The position numbers were made by a program, and so were the translations under genes. Positions 1-9,413 of a stretch of DNA of 64,000 bases are shown here, piece by piece; the stretch's first letter is position 1, and every line of letters begins with the position of its first letter. The notes under the pieces were generated by a model. The model saw only the letters and a program-made list of their open reading frames with translations. It had not been told where the DNA came from and ran no database searches. The stretch comes from Nitrososphaerota archaeon (GTDB taxonomy: Archaea; Thermoproteota; Nitrososphaeria; Nitrososphaerales; Nitrosopumilaceae), in assembly GCA_028867755.1 (NCBI GenBank), contig JAGWFT010000001.1:228727-292726 (forward strand), in the 5' to 3' direction.

Positions 1-1
1 C

Positions 2-52
2 AAAATCATACTATGATGTCTTGGGATTCAAGAGCTATCCAGGATCCAGTTG
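2..52 (+). CDS. C-terminal end of a CDS entering from the left edge (…KSYYDVLGFKSYPGSS*)
   Basis: Open frame from base 2 to TGA at 50-52, convergent with the next gene; function not assignable. Confidence 0.35.
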
Positions 53-84
53 AGATATAGTCTTTTTTCTAAAATAGATAAAAT

Positions 85-390
85 CTAATGTGCTATCTCT
101 TGGATAGGATTTTCAAGTTCTGCCAGTGTGAATACAAACCTAGAGCCCTCAAATTCTGTTGTACCCTCTCGTTCCCAATTTACTTGGTAGGTCTTTGTCA
201 CATGCCCCCCAATAATTGAAATTGTCTTTGGTACTGCCTCATACAGTTTTTCCACCTTATCTTTATCTCGTGTCATCAGCAGAGATCTACGCCTTTTCAT
301 GAGATACTTGATGGCTACATTTTTGTGCTGATGGCCCTCAACTTCTATCTTCTCACTGCCAAGATCTATGGTGAATTTTCTTTTTCCCAT
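85..390 (-). CDS. Conserved hypothetical protein (101 aa)
   Basis: ATG-started ORF with normal composition, best frame in the region. Confidence 0.75.
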   Translation of the reverse strand: MGKRKFTIDLGSEKIEVEGHQHKNVAIKYLMKRRRSLLMTRDKDKVEKLYEAVPKTISIIGGHVTKTYQVNWEREGTTEFEGSRFVFTLAELENPIQEIAH

Positions 391-683
391 GCTATCTAGG
401 TGAGAATTTTCTACAAAAATCGGATTGACAAATCACATCTATCATCTGCATTGAAAATTATGACAAAACTTCATGAGATAGAATGGAGCCGGGGGACTAG
501 GATACCATCTTGGTCATATTTCTGGGCCCACTTTGTTCTAAAATTGAAAATATGCAGTAAGCTAATCTGAGTAACTACAAAACTCCTTCCTTAATTTTTA
601 AAATCTAATCCATCTAAAGTAGATACGGTTTTTCTTTTATATTCAGAATATGGGATAAGCCTGTTTTATCTTGAGGCATATAG

Positions 684-962
684 CTAGACATACCATATCG
701 ATGATTCTAGGTGTGCCGTGTTACCTGAGACAATTACTCTCTTTCCAGCTGCTGTTGCCTTGTGTTTTTGTTCTTTTCCATCTTCGTCGATTATGGTAAG
801 TTCACCAATTCCCTTACTCGTGTACGTAACACAGCCCTCCTTCGGCTCAGATCTTTCCCAGAGATCTACCTCAAATCCGATTTTCTTGAACGTTGTCAGT
901 CGATGGCCACATTTTTTGGATGTCACAATACCTTTATCGGATTCTTCGCCCATTGTCTTCAT
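684..962 (-). CDS. Hypothetical protein (~92 aa, MKTMGEESDKG…)
   Basis: Track ORF 684..1016; start trimmed to ATG at 962; charged, beta-rich sequence. Confidence 0.55.
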   Translation of the reverse strand: MKTMGEESDKGIVTSKKCGHRLTTFKKIGFEVDLWERSEPKEGCVTYTSKGIGELTIIDEDGKEQKHKATAAGKRVIVSGNTAHLESSIWYV

Positions 963-1183
963 TCTTTGAATTTCCTTGTGATGAATATATGTTTTCTTGA
1001 TTCCGCCCCGAGCCAAGAAAGTTTAATGAATGTTAAAACACAAACAGGTTATTGATGATGTGAATCTGGTAAGACTCGGACTCTCATAGGTTTGAGTCCT
1101 ATAAGGTCCAGTTATCATTGTGATACAATTTTAGTTCCAAAAAGGTCAAATTAACCTCCGCTGTCTTTACCCATGAGACAGAC

Positions 1184-1260
1184 TGGCGGGACCGGCCGGA
1201 CTTGAACCGGCGACCTCTAGCACCCCAGGCTAGCATCATACCAAGCTAGACTACGGTCCC
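1184..1260 (-). tRNA. tRNA-Pro(GGG), CCA encoded
   Basis: Reverse complement folds as a cloverleaf: acceptor GGGACCG/CGGTCCC, anticodon arm CTAGC-CT GGG GT-GCTAG, T arm GCCGG-TTCAAGT-CCGGC, then G-CCA. Confidence 0.97.
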
Positions 1261-1331
1261 TCAAGTTGCAGGGAATTGTTGAAATTATTAAATGGTAGGA
1301 TTAACTTTTGCGCAAAAATTTGGCTTAGATT

Positions 1332-2474
1332 CTATAACCACTTTTCCAGTCGTTCTTTTTCAAACTTTTCCTTTTCTGAAAAATAATCAGATGATGGTGC
1401 TTTTAGCTCAGTTATTGGAGTAGGGCTTGAATACATGTCTACTCGGATGTACCCAGCTATCTTCTTTCCTGTTTCCAAGAAACACCCACCCTGTCCGTCA
1501 AAAACAGAGCCTTCCTGTTCTTTCTTAATTTTGGATATGATGTTTCTTGCAACAGTTATTCCTTGTCCTTCTGCAAATATTCCTGCCTTTGGTACTGCTA
1601 TCTTGTCTGTTACCATTATCTGATTTACATCTCCTATTGCAAAGACATTCTCAAATTTTGTCTTGCAGGTTCTGTCCACTTCGATGAACTTGCCTGGCTG
1701 CGCAAGCCCACAATCAACTGCTACAAGAGGCACCTTATGAGGAGGAATTGCGATCAGCAAATCAAAATTTGTCTCTCCAGATTCAAACTTGAGCTTGTTT
1801 GGCTCAACTGATGTAGTCTTGTGGCTTCCATGAAACTCTATGTTCTTTGATTTTAGAATCTGCAAGATTTCCTCACTTACTTGCGGGCCTCCGGCCGGAA
1901 GTGTGATTTGAGTAGGGCTGTAAAAATCCATTTGAATTGAACTACTAGCGCCAGTCTCTTCAAGAACTGACCTTATCAAGAGGGCTGCTTCATATGGTGC
2001 AGGAGGACACTTGTATGGCAAGCCTGTAATTGCAATAGCTATCTTGCCTAATTTCATCTGGCTTATCTTATCTCGAATTTTTGAAACGTCATTGAGATCA
2101 TACAATATCAGACTGTTTTCCCTCAGTCCTGGAATCTGTTCTGGTGCAAGCTCAACGCCCAACGCAATTATTAGATAATCATAGTGCAGCCTGCGATAGT
2201 TTGTTCTTACAATTTTGTTTTCAAGGTCTATCTTAGTTGCCTCTTCATTGATGAATTCAATTCCCTTTTTTGTAACAGCTTCGAGTTGTCTCTTTGAGGT
2301 TTCAAACTGTCTTGCACCGGTCAAGATCCAAAGCTTGACTAGGTCCATCATGAACCAGTCTTTTTTGTCAACTATGGTGATTCTAGCATCTTGAGGTAAT
2401 GCAGCACGTAGCTCGTTGGCAGCAGCAAGCCCTCCAAATCCCCCACCCAAAATTACGATGTTCGTTGGTCTAAT
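1332..2474 (-). CDS. FAD-dependent oxidoreductase, sulfide:quinone oxidoreductase-like
   Basis: GGGFGG Rossmann motif, CPPAPYE motif, AIGD motif, second Cys in GGCFLETG; frame extended upstream of track start 2450 to include NIVIL, true start uncertain. Confidence 0.8.
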   Translation of the reverse strand: MRPTNIVILGGGFGGLAAANELRAALPQDARITIVDKKDWFMMDLVKLWILTGARQFETSKRQLEAVTKKGIEFINEEATKIDLENKIVRTNYRRLHYDYLIIALGVELAPEQIPGLRENSLILYDLNDVSKIRDKISQMKLGKIAIAITGLPYKCPPAPYEAALLIRSVLEETGASSSIQMDFYSPTQITLPAGGPQVSEEILQILKSKNIEFHGSHKTTSVEPNKLKFESGETNFDLLIAIPPHKVPLVAVDCGLAQPGKFIEVDRTCKTKFENVFAIGDVNQIMVTDKIAVPKAGIFAEGQGITVARNIISKIKKEQEGSVFDGQGGCFLETGKKIAGYIRVDMYSSPTPITELKAPSSDYFSEKEKFEKERLEKWL

Positions 2475-2490
2475 GCAAGAACACCATTCA

Positions 2491-3246
2491 CTATCTTTCT
2501 TGGGTTGTTGGCCTTATGGTTATCTCGTTTACGTTCATGTGAGGTGGTGATTCTATGGCAAACAGAATAGAATTTGCAATGTCTTCTGACTTGAGAGCTT
2601 GCATAGTCTTTGCAGATTTTACAAATGCTTCAAGTGATTTATCAGTAATAGTATTTGTAAGCTCTGTATCAACAACACCTGGCTCTATTGTTGTAACCCG
2701 AATGTTATTTCGTGCAGAAAGCTCTTGTCTCAGGCCTTCACTAAATGCTCTAACTGCGTATTTTGTTGCACAATATACACTTCCTGCAGGAAAGACTACT
2801 CTTCCTGCAATTGATGAAATGTTTACAATGTGGCCAGAATTTTGCTTTAACAAATGAGGAATTGCTGCAGCAGTGCAATATAAGACTCCCTTGATGTTTA
2901 CATCAATCATTCTGTCCCACTCGTCAACTTTGAGGTTTTTGACAAAGCTCAATGGCATAAGACCTGCATTGTTGACAAGAATGTCTACTCTGCCCCATTT
3001 TTTTATTGCAGCATCAATTAGGCTCTCGCAATCACTACGCTTTGTAACATCGCATGATATCGTAATGCATTCGCCTCCAGCTTTTTCAATTTCTTTTTGC
3101 AGTTGTTCTAGTTTGTCCTTTCTTCGCGCGCCAGCAACAACCTTGGCTCCAGCCTTTGCTATTGATAACGCTGTGGCATAACCAATTCCACTGCTCGCAC
3201 CTGTTACTATAGCGACTTGACCTTTTATCGTCATACAGAAAATCAT
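2491..3246 (-). CDS. Short-chain dehydrogenase/reductase (SDR)
   Basis: TGASSGIG, NNAG and YCATK (YxxxK) motifs. Confidence 0.92.
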   Translation of the reverse strand: MIFCMTIKGQVAIVTGASSGIGYATALSIAKAGAKVVAGARRKDKLEQLQKEIEKAGGECITISCDVTKRSDCESLIDAAIKKWGRVDILVNNAGLMPLSFVKNLKVDEWDRMIDVNIKGVLYCTAAAIPHLLKQNSGHIVNISSIAGRVVFPAGSVYCATKYAVRAFSEGLRQELSARNNIRVTTIEPGVVDTELTNTITDKSLEAFVKSAKTMQALKSEDIANSILFAIESPPHMNVNEITIRPTTQER

Positions 3247-3353
3247 TTTTCATCAGGTGTACTGCGTAAATAAATTTTGTCAATTAATTCCAATAATTGT
3301 AGAAATTAACTTTGTTTCTTAACACTAATTTAGGATCAAGTGGGATCTAAGCC

Positions 3354-3578
3354 ATGGAGCAATTTGACTGTGCGTATTGCGGAGAAAAACAAGATCTGCC
3401 GTTTCAGTGCAATTACTGCAATGACAAGTTTTGTGCCGAACACAGATTGCCAGAGGACCATAGGTGTGTCAAGCTGCACCAGATAAGAACAAAAAGATTT
3501 GGAGAAAATAAGGTTCAGAGAAGAAAAGGCATTGGGAGACAGGGTTTCATAAAACGTGTATTTGGCAAGTTTGGTTAG
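3354..3578 (+). CDS. AN1-type zinc finger protein
   Basis: C-x2-C-x9-C-x2-C-x4-C-x2-H-x5-H-x-C pattern. Confidence 0.85.
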   Translation: MEQFDCAYCGEKQDLPFQCNYCNDKFCAEHRLPEDHRCVKLHQIRTKRFGENKVQRRKGIGRQGFIKRVFGKFG

Positions 3579-3847
3579 TAGAGAGCTTTTTGCGGATCAA
3601 GTTTTGATAGTTTTGCCTGATAAAACAGAGCAATTGCCAAAGCTAACAGTACACCTGCAGTAAGCCAATGAGCCACATGCATAACAAGATAGGCAATTCC
3701 AAAACCAATGCACATTAGTGCCTGAGTCATTAGTTTTATCCAGCTTGGTATCTTGGCTGCCCTGCTAATCATTTCTATGATAAACAGGCCTGCAACTGGA
3801 TATAGTATGATTTCAAAATAAACATCAAGGTCTATTCCATTATGCAT
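3575..3847 (-). CDS. Small membrane protein
   Basis: Three hydrophobic segments. Confidence 0.7.
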   Translation of the reverse strand: MHNGIDLDVYFEIILYPVAGLFIIEMISRAAKIPSWIKLMTQALMCIGFGIAYLVMHVAHWLTAGVLLALAIALFYQAKLSKLDPQKALY

Positions 3848-3874
3848 GATATCTCACGATGTATTGTCTAATTT

Positions 3875-4432
3875 CTAGTCTTCCCAACTTATCTTTACTG
3901 CTACCTTTTTGGTAATGAGTGCACGCGCATTCTCAAACGGTAAGGTCGCAACATCTTCAGCCTCAAATGGCCCATATGTCTGAAGATCTGTTCCCACAAT
4001 CTGGTCTATGGGTTTGAGAAATCTTACAACAACTGTTCTTGACCTATGATTTTTTGCTACAGTCTCAAGGAGCTTTAATCTTCCATTTAGTGTTGCAGAG
4101 AGAATAGTTTCTTTTCTCTGCCTTAGCTCATCTTCAGAATCAAGAATGAATCTTTCTTCATCAAGTAGATTTGAATAATCAATCTCTTCCAAGCCTGTTG
4201 CCTTTTCAATTCTAATTTTTAGAAGAAGTGATGTCAGGTCAGTTATCATTTTTACAAGCGAGTCTTTGATCTTCGATTCAGCCCCGTCATAGTCCTGATT
4301 TTTTAGATTCCCGAGAAATTCTGCGATATTGTTGTATAATTTTGAATCGAGCTCCTGTACTGAATCATTTTCTACTTCGCGAAGAAGCAAGGCATACAAT
4401 GAATTTGCATCAATTTTTTTTGTTTCTGACAT
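3875..4432 (-). CDS. DNA replication complex GINS protein (Gins15/Gins51-like)
   Basis: Helical A-domain followed by a C-terminal B-domain (VVVRFLKPIDQIVG…YGPF…DVATLPFENARALI). Confidence 0.8.
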   Translation of the reverse strand: MSETKKIDANSLYALLLREVENDSVQELDSKLYNNIAEFLGNLKNQDYDGAESKIKDSLVKMITDLTSLLLKIRIEKATGLEEIDYSNLLDEERFILDSEDELRQRKETILSATLNGRLKLLETVAKNHRSRTVVVRFLKPIDQIVGTDLQTYGPFEAEDVATLPFENARALITKKVAVKISWED

Positions 4433-4491
4433 TTACACACCCAACAATACTTAAATCATAGACTCCTTTGTTTTATGATCAAGGTGCAAAA

Positions 4492-5952
4492 TTGCCATAT
4501 AAAGTGATTGGTGGAGAGCCAGTATCAGTTTCTTACTCGGCTGATGAAGTTTTTGCAAAGATAAAACACGATCAGATAAAATTCATAGATTTACAATTTA
4601 CAGGTCTTAGAGGAAGATTTCATCACACGACAATTTCTGCTAACCTGTTTACCCCTCAACAGATGCAAGATGGCTTGCCAAAGCTAGATGGTTCTTCAAT
4701 CGTAGGATTTGCTTCCATCCAAGACTCTGACATGATACTCAAGCCAGATCCCAATACATATGCGGTAATTCCTTGGATGACAAACTCCAAAACAGCTAGG
4801 TTGATTTGTGATGTATACTGGGGTTGGGGAAAAGGCAGGCTGGAATCCGATCCAAGAGGCATAGCACAAAAGGCTGAAAAACATCTTACAACACAGGGTT
4901 TTGATACAAGCTACTGGGGTCCAGAGGTAGAGTTCTTTGTTTTTGACAAGATCCAATGGGATGTATTGACGCCATACAAGGGCCAGTCATATTCAATCGA
5001 GTCAAAGGAAGCCCCATGGAACCAAGAGGGAAAAGGATACCCAATGGCATTGAAAAAGGGATACTATCCCAGCACTCCTGCTGATACTTTAACAGAATAT
5101 AGAAACGATTGTGTGGAATGCTTGAATGAGTATTTTGGAATCTTATGTGACAATCATCACCATGAGGTGGCAACTGCTGGACAGTGTGAGATCGATATAA
5201 GATATGATACCTTGACAAATTCCGCAGATGGCGCACAGACTTACAAGTATGTTATAAGAAATATTGCTACAAAATATGACAAGGTTGCAACCATGATGCC
5301 AAAACCAATTTCTATGGATGCAGGTTCTGGAATGCACACCAATGTAAGCTTGTGGAAGGACGGCAAGAACATGTTCTTTGACAAGGATGACAAAGAAGAG
5401 ATAAGCCAAGCTGCAAGGTACTATTGCGGAGGAATCATGAATCATGCAAGAGCGTTGTCTGCAATTGTTGCACCGACAACAAATTCTTATCACAGATTGG
5501 TTCCTGGATATGAAGCTCCTGTGTATATTGCATGGAGTGCAAGCAACAGGTCTGCAATAATTAGAATTCCGGCTCATTTCAGGGGAGAAAAATATGCAAA
5601 GATAAAGAGGTTAGAGTTCAGGGCTCCAGATCCGTCTTCAAATCCATATCTTGTATTTGCAGCAGTTCTTGCAGCAGGACTTGATGGAATTAAAAGGAAG
5701 ACCGAGCCTGGCGACCCAGTTAACGAAGATATCTATAAGATGACAAAGACGCAACGAGATGCAAAGGGGATCAAAGACCTGCCAGCAACGTTAGGAGAGG
5801 CACTTGATGAGCTTGAAAGTGACAGAAAATTCCTCAACCCAATATTTTCAAACGAGACCATTGACAAGATAATTGAGATAGAAAGAGCAGACGACCACGA
5901 GATCTCAATAAGACCTCATCCTCACGAGTTTTATCTCTATTTTGATATCTAG
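4492..5952 (+). CDS. glnA: Glutamine synthetase type I
   Basis: GPEVEFF, HHHEVATAGQCEI, MPKP…GSGMH, RLVPGYEAP, NRSA and RLEFRAPD motifs; start trimmed to TTG at 4492. Confidence 0.97.
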   Translation: MPYKVIGGEPVSVSYSADEVFAKIKHDQIKFIDLQFTGLRGRFHHTTISANLFTPQQMQDGLPKLDGSSIVGFASIQDSDMILKPDPNTYAVIPWMTNSKTARLICDVYWGWGKGRLESDPRGIAQKAEKHLTTQGFDTSYWGPEVEFFVFDKIQWDVLTPYKGQSYSIESKEAPWNQEGKGYPMALKKGYYPSTPADTLTEYRNDCVECLNEYFGILCDNHHHEVATAGQCEIDIRYDTLTNSADGAQTYKYVIRNIATKYDKVATMMPKPISMDAGSGMHTNVSLWKDGKNMFFDKDDKEEISQAARYYCGGIMNHARALSAIVAPTTNSYHRLVPGYEAPVYIAWSASNRSAIIRIPAHFRGEKYAKIKRLEFRAPDPSSNPYLVFAAVLAAGLDGIKRKTEPGDPVNEDIYKMTKTQRDAKGIKDLPATLGEALDELESDRKFLNPIFSNETIDKIIEIERADDHEISIRPHPHEFYLYFDI

Positions 5953-6227
5953 GCTCTTCCTATTGCACCGTATATCAAGAATAATGCTGCTGCCATGATA
6001 GCTAGGCCAATAGCGAGGTAAGCTTTCCTGTGGCGGTCACCAGTTCCTGCCTTGTAAAGGGAGACAGCACCTGCCAGACCTACGAAGAGAATCAATGTTC
6101 CTATTATGACTGGATCCCAAGCACTATGAGTGATAACAGGATAAAAGACTCCAGAGAGCAGCGCAAAGAAAACTGCCAGGTAAATGTATTTTGCACCAGC
6201 CAAGATTTTGCTGCTGCCTAGTTGCAT
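5949..6227 (-). CDS. Small membrane protein
   Basis: Three hydrophobic helices. Confidence 0.7.
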   Translation of the reverse strand: MQLGSSKILAGAKYIYLAVFFALLSGVFYPVITHSAWDPVIIGTLILFVGLAGAVSLYKAGTGDRHRKAYLAIGLAIMAAALFLIYGAIGRA

Positions 6228-6286
6228 AGGATTGCCTATCTAGAATAGTCAAATAAACCTTTGAGAAGAGAAAGAGTGTTTTCTTT

Positions 6287-7972
6287 TTATTCCATGCCCA
6301 TAGGTGGCATGCCCATGCCGCCCATCCCACCCATTCCTTCCATACCACCCATGCCGCCCATTCCTCCTCCTGGTGGTCCAGAAGTTTTGGTTACTGAAAT
6401 CACATCATCAATTCTTAGAATCATGCATGCTGCTTCTGTTGCAGATGAGATTATCTGGTTTTTTACAGATAATGGTTCGAAGATATCTGTTGCATGCATG
6501 CTTGCGACTTGGCCTTTCATAACATCAATGCCAGTCCACTTGTTTCCCTTCAACTGCTTTGATCGTAATGAAGCAAGAGTATCAATTGGATCCATTCCTG
6601 CGTTTTCTGCAAGTGTGATTGGAATTACCTCAAGAGAATCGGCAAACTTTTCCACTGCTAATTGTTCTCTTCCTTCAAGTGATTTTGCCCACTCGCGAAG
6701 TTTTGTTGCAGCATAGGTTTCTGGAGCACCCCCGCCTGCTACTATCATTGGGTTTTCCATTACATCTTTTACAACCATTAATGCGTCGTGTACAGATCTC
6801 TCAACTTCGTCAACAACTCTTTGAGAGCCTGCTCTTACAAGAAGAGTTACTGCCTTGGGATGCTTGCAGCCTTCAACGAATACCCATCTATCACTCTCTA
6901 CTTTTCGTTCTTCTACCAGTTCTGCAGAGCCAAGATCCTTTTCAAATAAATCATCAAGATTTGTAATCATTCTTGCGCCAGTTGCTTTTGCAAGTTTTGC
7001 CATGTCACTTTCTTTTACTCTTCTAACTGTAAGAACTCCTGCCTTTGCAAGATAATGCTGTGCCATGTCATCTATGCCCTTTTGGCAGAACAATACATTG
7101 GCACCAGATGCAACAACCTTATCAACCATGTTCTTGATCATTCTGTTTTCCTCATCAAGAAATGACTTCATCTGCTGTGGATTATTGATATTGATCTTGG
7201 CATCAAATTCTGTCTTGTCAATCTCAAGCGCGTTGTTTATGATTGCAATTTTTGCTTTTTCAATCTTCTTTGGCATTCCACTGTGAACCACTTCCTTGTC
7301 AAGTATGATTCCTTTGGTAATGCTGGAATCCTTGATAGAGCCGCCAGCCTTTTTTTCTACCTTGATATCATCAATGTCCACTCTATATCCTTCCTCGGCT
7401 TTTTCTGCAACTGCCAATACTGCCTTTACTATCATATCTGCCAAGTTTGCAGAATCTCTTCTGACAAGCTTTGTCTGCATTGAGGTCCTTGCAATTCTTT
7501 CAAGAACATCTTTGTCAGTAGGAGAAACCTTGTCTGCTATCTTTGACAAAAGATCTTTTGCCTTGTGTGCAGCCTTTCTGTAACCATCAACTATTATTGT
7601 TGGATGAACATCCTGCAAAATGAGAGACTCGGCATTTTCTAAAAGTGCACCAGCAAGTACCACTGCAGAGGTTGTTCCATCACCCACCTCATTATCGGTT
7701 GCTTTGGAGATCTCAACTAGCATTTTTGCTGCGGGGTGCTGAACGTCAATTTCCTTAAGAATGGTGGCACCATCATTTGTAATTGTAACGTCACCAAGTG
7801 AATCTACCAGCATCTTGTCCATTCCTCGTGGACCAAGGCTGGTATGAATGATTTCTGCAATCAGTTTTGCTGCAGAGATATTATTTTTCTGGGCGTCACG
7901 ACCCTTGGTCTGTGTTGCGCCGTCTTTTAATATAACAACTGGAATTCCGCCCGATGAGGCTTGAATTGACAT
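6287..7972 (-). CDS. ths: Thermosome (group II chaperonin) subunit
   Basis: [21 protein letters not shown] and GDGTTS motifs; GGM-repeat tail. Confidence 0.97.
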   Translation of the reverse strand: MSIQASSGGIPVVILKDGATQTKGRDAQKNNISAAKLIAEIIHTSLGPRGMDKMLVDSLGDVTITNDGATILKEIDVQHPAAKMLVEISKATDNEVGDGTTSAVVLAGALLENAESLILQDVHPTIIVDGYRKAAHKAKDLLSKIADKVSPTDKDVLERIARTSMQTKLVRRDSANLADMIVKAVLAVAEKAEEGYRVDIDDIKVEKKAGGSIKDSSITKGIILDKEVVHSGMPKKIEKAKIAIINNALEIDKTEFDAKININNPQQMKSFLDEENRMIKNMVDKVVASGANVLFCQKGIDDMAQHYLAKAGVLTVRRVKESDMAKLAKATGARMITNLDDLFEKDLGSAELVEERKVESDRWVFVEGCKHPKAVTLLVRAGSQRVVDEVERSVHDALMVVKDVMENPMIVAGGGAPETYAATKLREWAKSLEGREQLAVEKFADSLEVIPITLAENAGMDPIDTLASLRSKQLKGNKWTGIDVMKGQVASMHATDIFEPLSVKNQIISSATEAACMILRIDDVISVTKTSGPPGGGMGGMGGMEGMGGMGGMGMPPMGME

Positions 7973-8090
7973 ATTTTAGCTGGGATCGATTTTCCCTTAT
8001 TATTTCTTTATGTAGACAAAAACCATGACCTGCTGAAATTTTTGAATGTCGAACGATGTTTTTAAATTAGGAAAACTGGTCGAACAATGC

Positions 8091-9413
8091 ATGTCACGCT
8101 CATCACCACGGGTTGCTTACAACGAAGTATTATCTATGCTCAAGACACATAACCAATGGTTTGCAGAGTCAATTCCCCTAATTGCAAGCGAAAACATTCC
8201 AAGCCCGGCAGTTAGGGAGGCAACTATTTCTGACTTTGCAAATAGATATGCAGAGGGTTGGCCTGGCGAGAGGGTTTATGCCGGATGTATCTACATAGAT
8301 AAGGTAGAGTTCAAGTGCATGGAACTTGCCCAGAAGCTATTCAAGGCAGAGTTTGTTGATGTAAGGCCAATTTCTGGTGTTGTTGCTAATTTGGCAATTT
8401 ATTCTGCATTTACAAATCCCGGAGATGTGATGCTTGCGCCATCAATTCCATCTGGTGGCCACATATCACATGGTAAAAAGGAGCACTCAGGTACTGCAGG
8501 GCTTGTACATGGACTGGATATCGAGTTTTATCCATTTGATGCAGAAGAGATGGCAATTGATGTTGACAAGACAAAGCAAAAGGTAAAAGAACTTGAAAAG
8601 GCAGGTAGGACTCCAAAACTTGCAATGTTTGGCGGTTCAGTCTTCTTGTTTCCACATCCAGTAAAGGAACTAGCAGATTTTCTGAAAAGCTACAAGATGT
8701 TCATAAACTATGACGGAGCCCATGTTGCAGGACTTATTGCAGGAGGTCAATTCCAAGATCCTCTCAGGGAGGGGGCTGATGCAATGACTATGAGCACCCA
8801 CAAGACTTTGTTTGGTCCCCAAGGAGGAATGATATGTTCATTTAACAAGTATGGTGACGAGATCAAAAAAGCAACTTTTCCAGGCATGACAAGCAATCAT
8901 CACTTGCATCACATGGCTGGAAAAGCAATTGCATTTGCAGAGATGTTAGAGTTTGGCAAAAAATATGCTCTTCAAGTGGTAAAGAATGCAAAAACCTTGG
9001 CAGAAGCTCTAAGCTCATCTGGATTTACAGTGCTTGGAGAGAAGCGAGGATTTACAAAATCTCATCAAATTGTTGTAAACGTTCTTTCGTTTGGAGATGG
9101 TGGTACTATTGAAGCTGATTTAGAAAAAGCAAACATAATTGTAAACAGGCAGCTTATCCCAGGAGATATCAAGGCAGGACGCAACTACTTCCATCCAGGC
9201 GGAATGAGATTGGGAGTTTCCGAGCTAACAAGGCTTGGCATGGGTAAGTCTGAGATGAAACAGGTTGCAGAATTTATCAAAAATGTAGTTGTAGATAAAA
9301 AAGACAAGAAGAAGATTGCGTTAGAAGTGAAGCGATTCAGAAAAAGATTTCAAAAGGTCCACTATTGCTTTGAGAGCAAGATGGGTGGATATGATTATGT
9401 CAAGTTGCGTTAG
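8091..9413 (+). CDS. glyA: Serine hydroxymethyltransferase
   Basis: LIASEN, RYAEG, GGHISHG and STHKT (PLP Lys) motifs; start trimmed to ATG 8091, ~24 nt after a TTTAAAT box. Confidence 0.96.
   Translation: MSRSSPRVAYNEVLSMLKTHNQWFAESIPLIASENIPSPAVREATISDFANRYAEGWPGERVYAGCIYIDKVEFKCMELAQKLFKAEFVDVRPISGVVANLAIYSAFTNPGDVMLAPSIPSGGHISHGKKEHSGTAGLVHGLDIEFYPFDAEEMAIDVDKTKQKVKELEKAGRTPKLAMFGGSVFLFPHPVKELADFLKSYKMFINYDGAHVAGLIAGGQFQDPLREGADAMTMSTHKTLFGPQGGMICSFNKYGDEIKKATFPGMTSNHHLHHMAGKAIAFAEMLEFGKKYALQVVKNAKTLAEALSSSGFTVLGEKRGFTKSHQIVVNVLSFGDGGTIEADLEKANIIVNRQLIPGDIKAGRNYFHPGGMRLGVSELTRLGMGKSEMKQVAEFIKNVVVDKKDKKKIALEVKRFRKRFQKVHYCFESKMGGYDYVKLR

Noticed and set aside
484-510. TGGAGCCGGGGG…, whose reverse complement ends like a tRNA 3' end (…CCCCCGGCTCCA)
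   Set aside because: No T-loop consensus or cloverleaf, and no match to the three tRNAs in the window; too short to call an att remnant
6287-6380. Gly-Gly-Met repeats at the thermosome C-terminus
   Set aside because: Normal chaperonin tail
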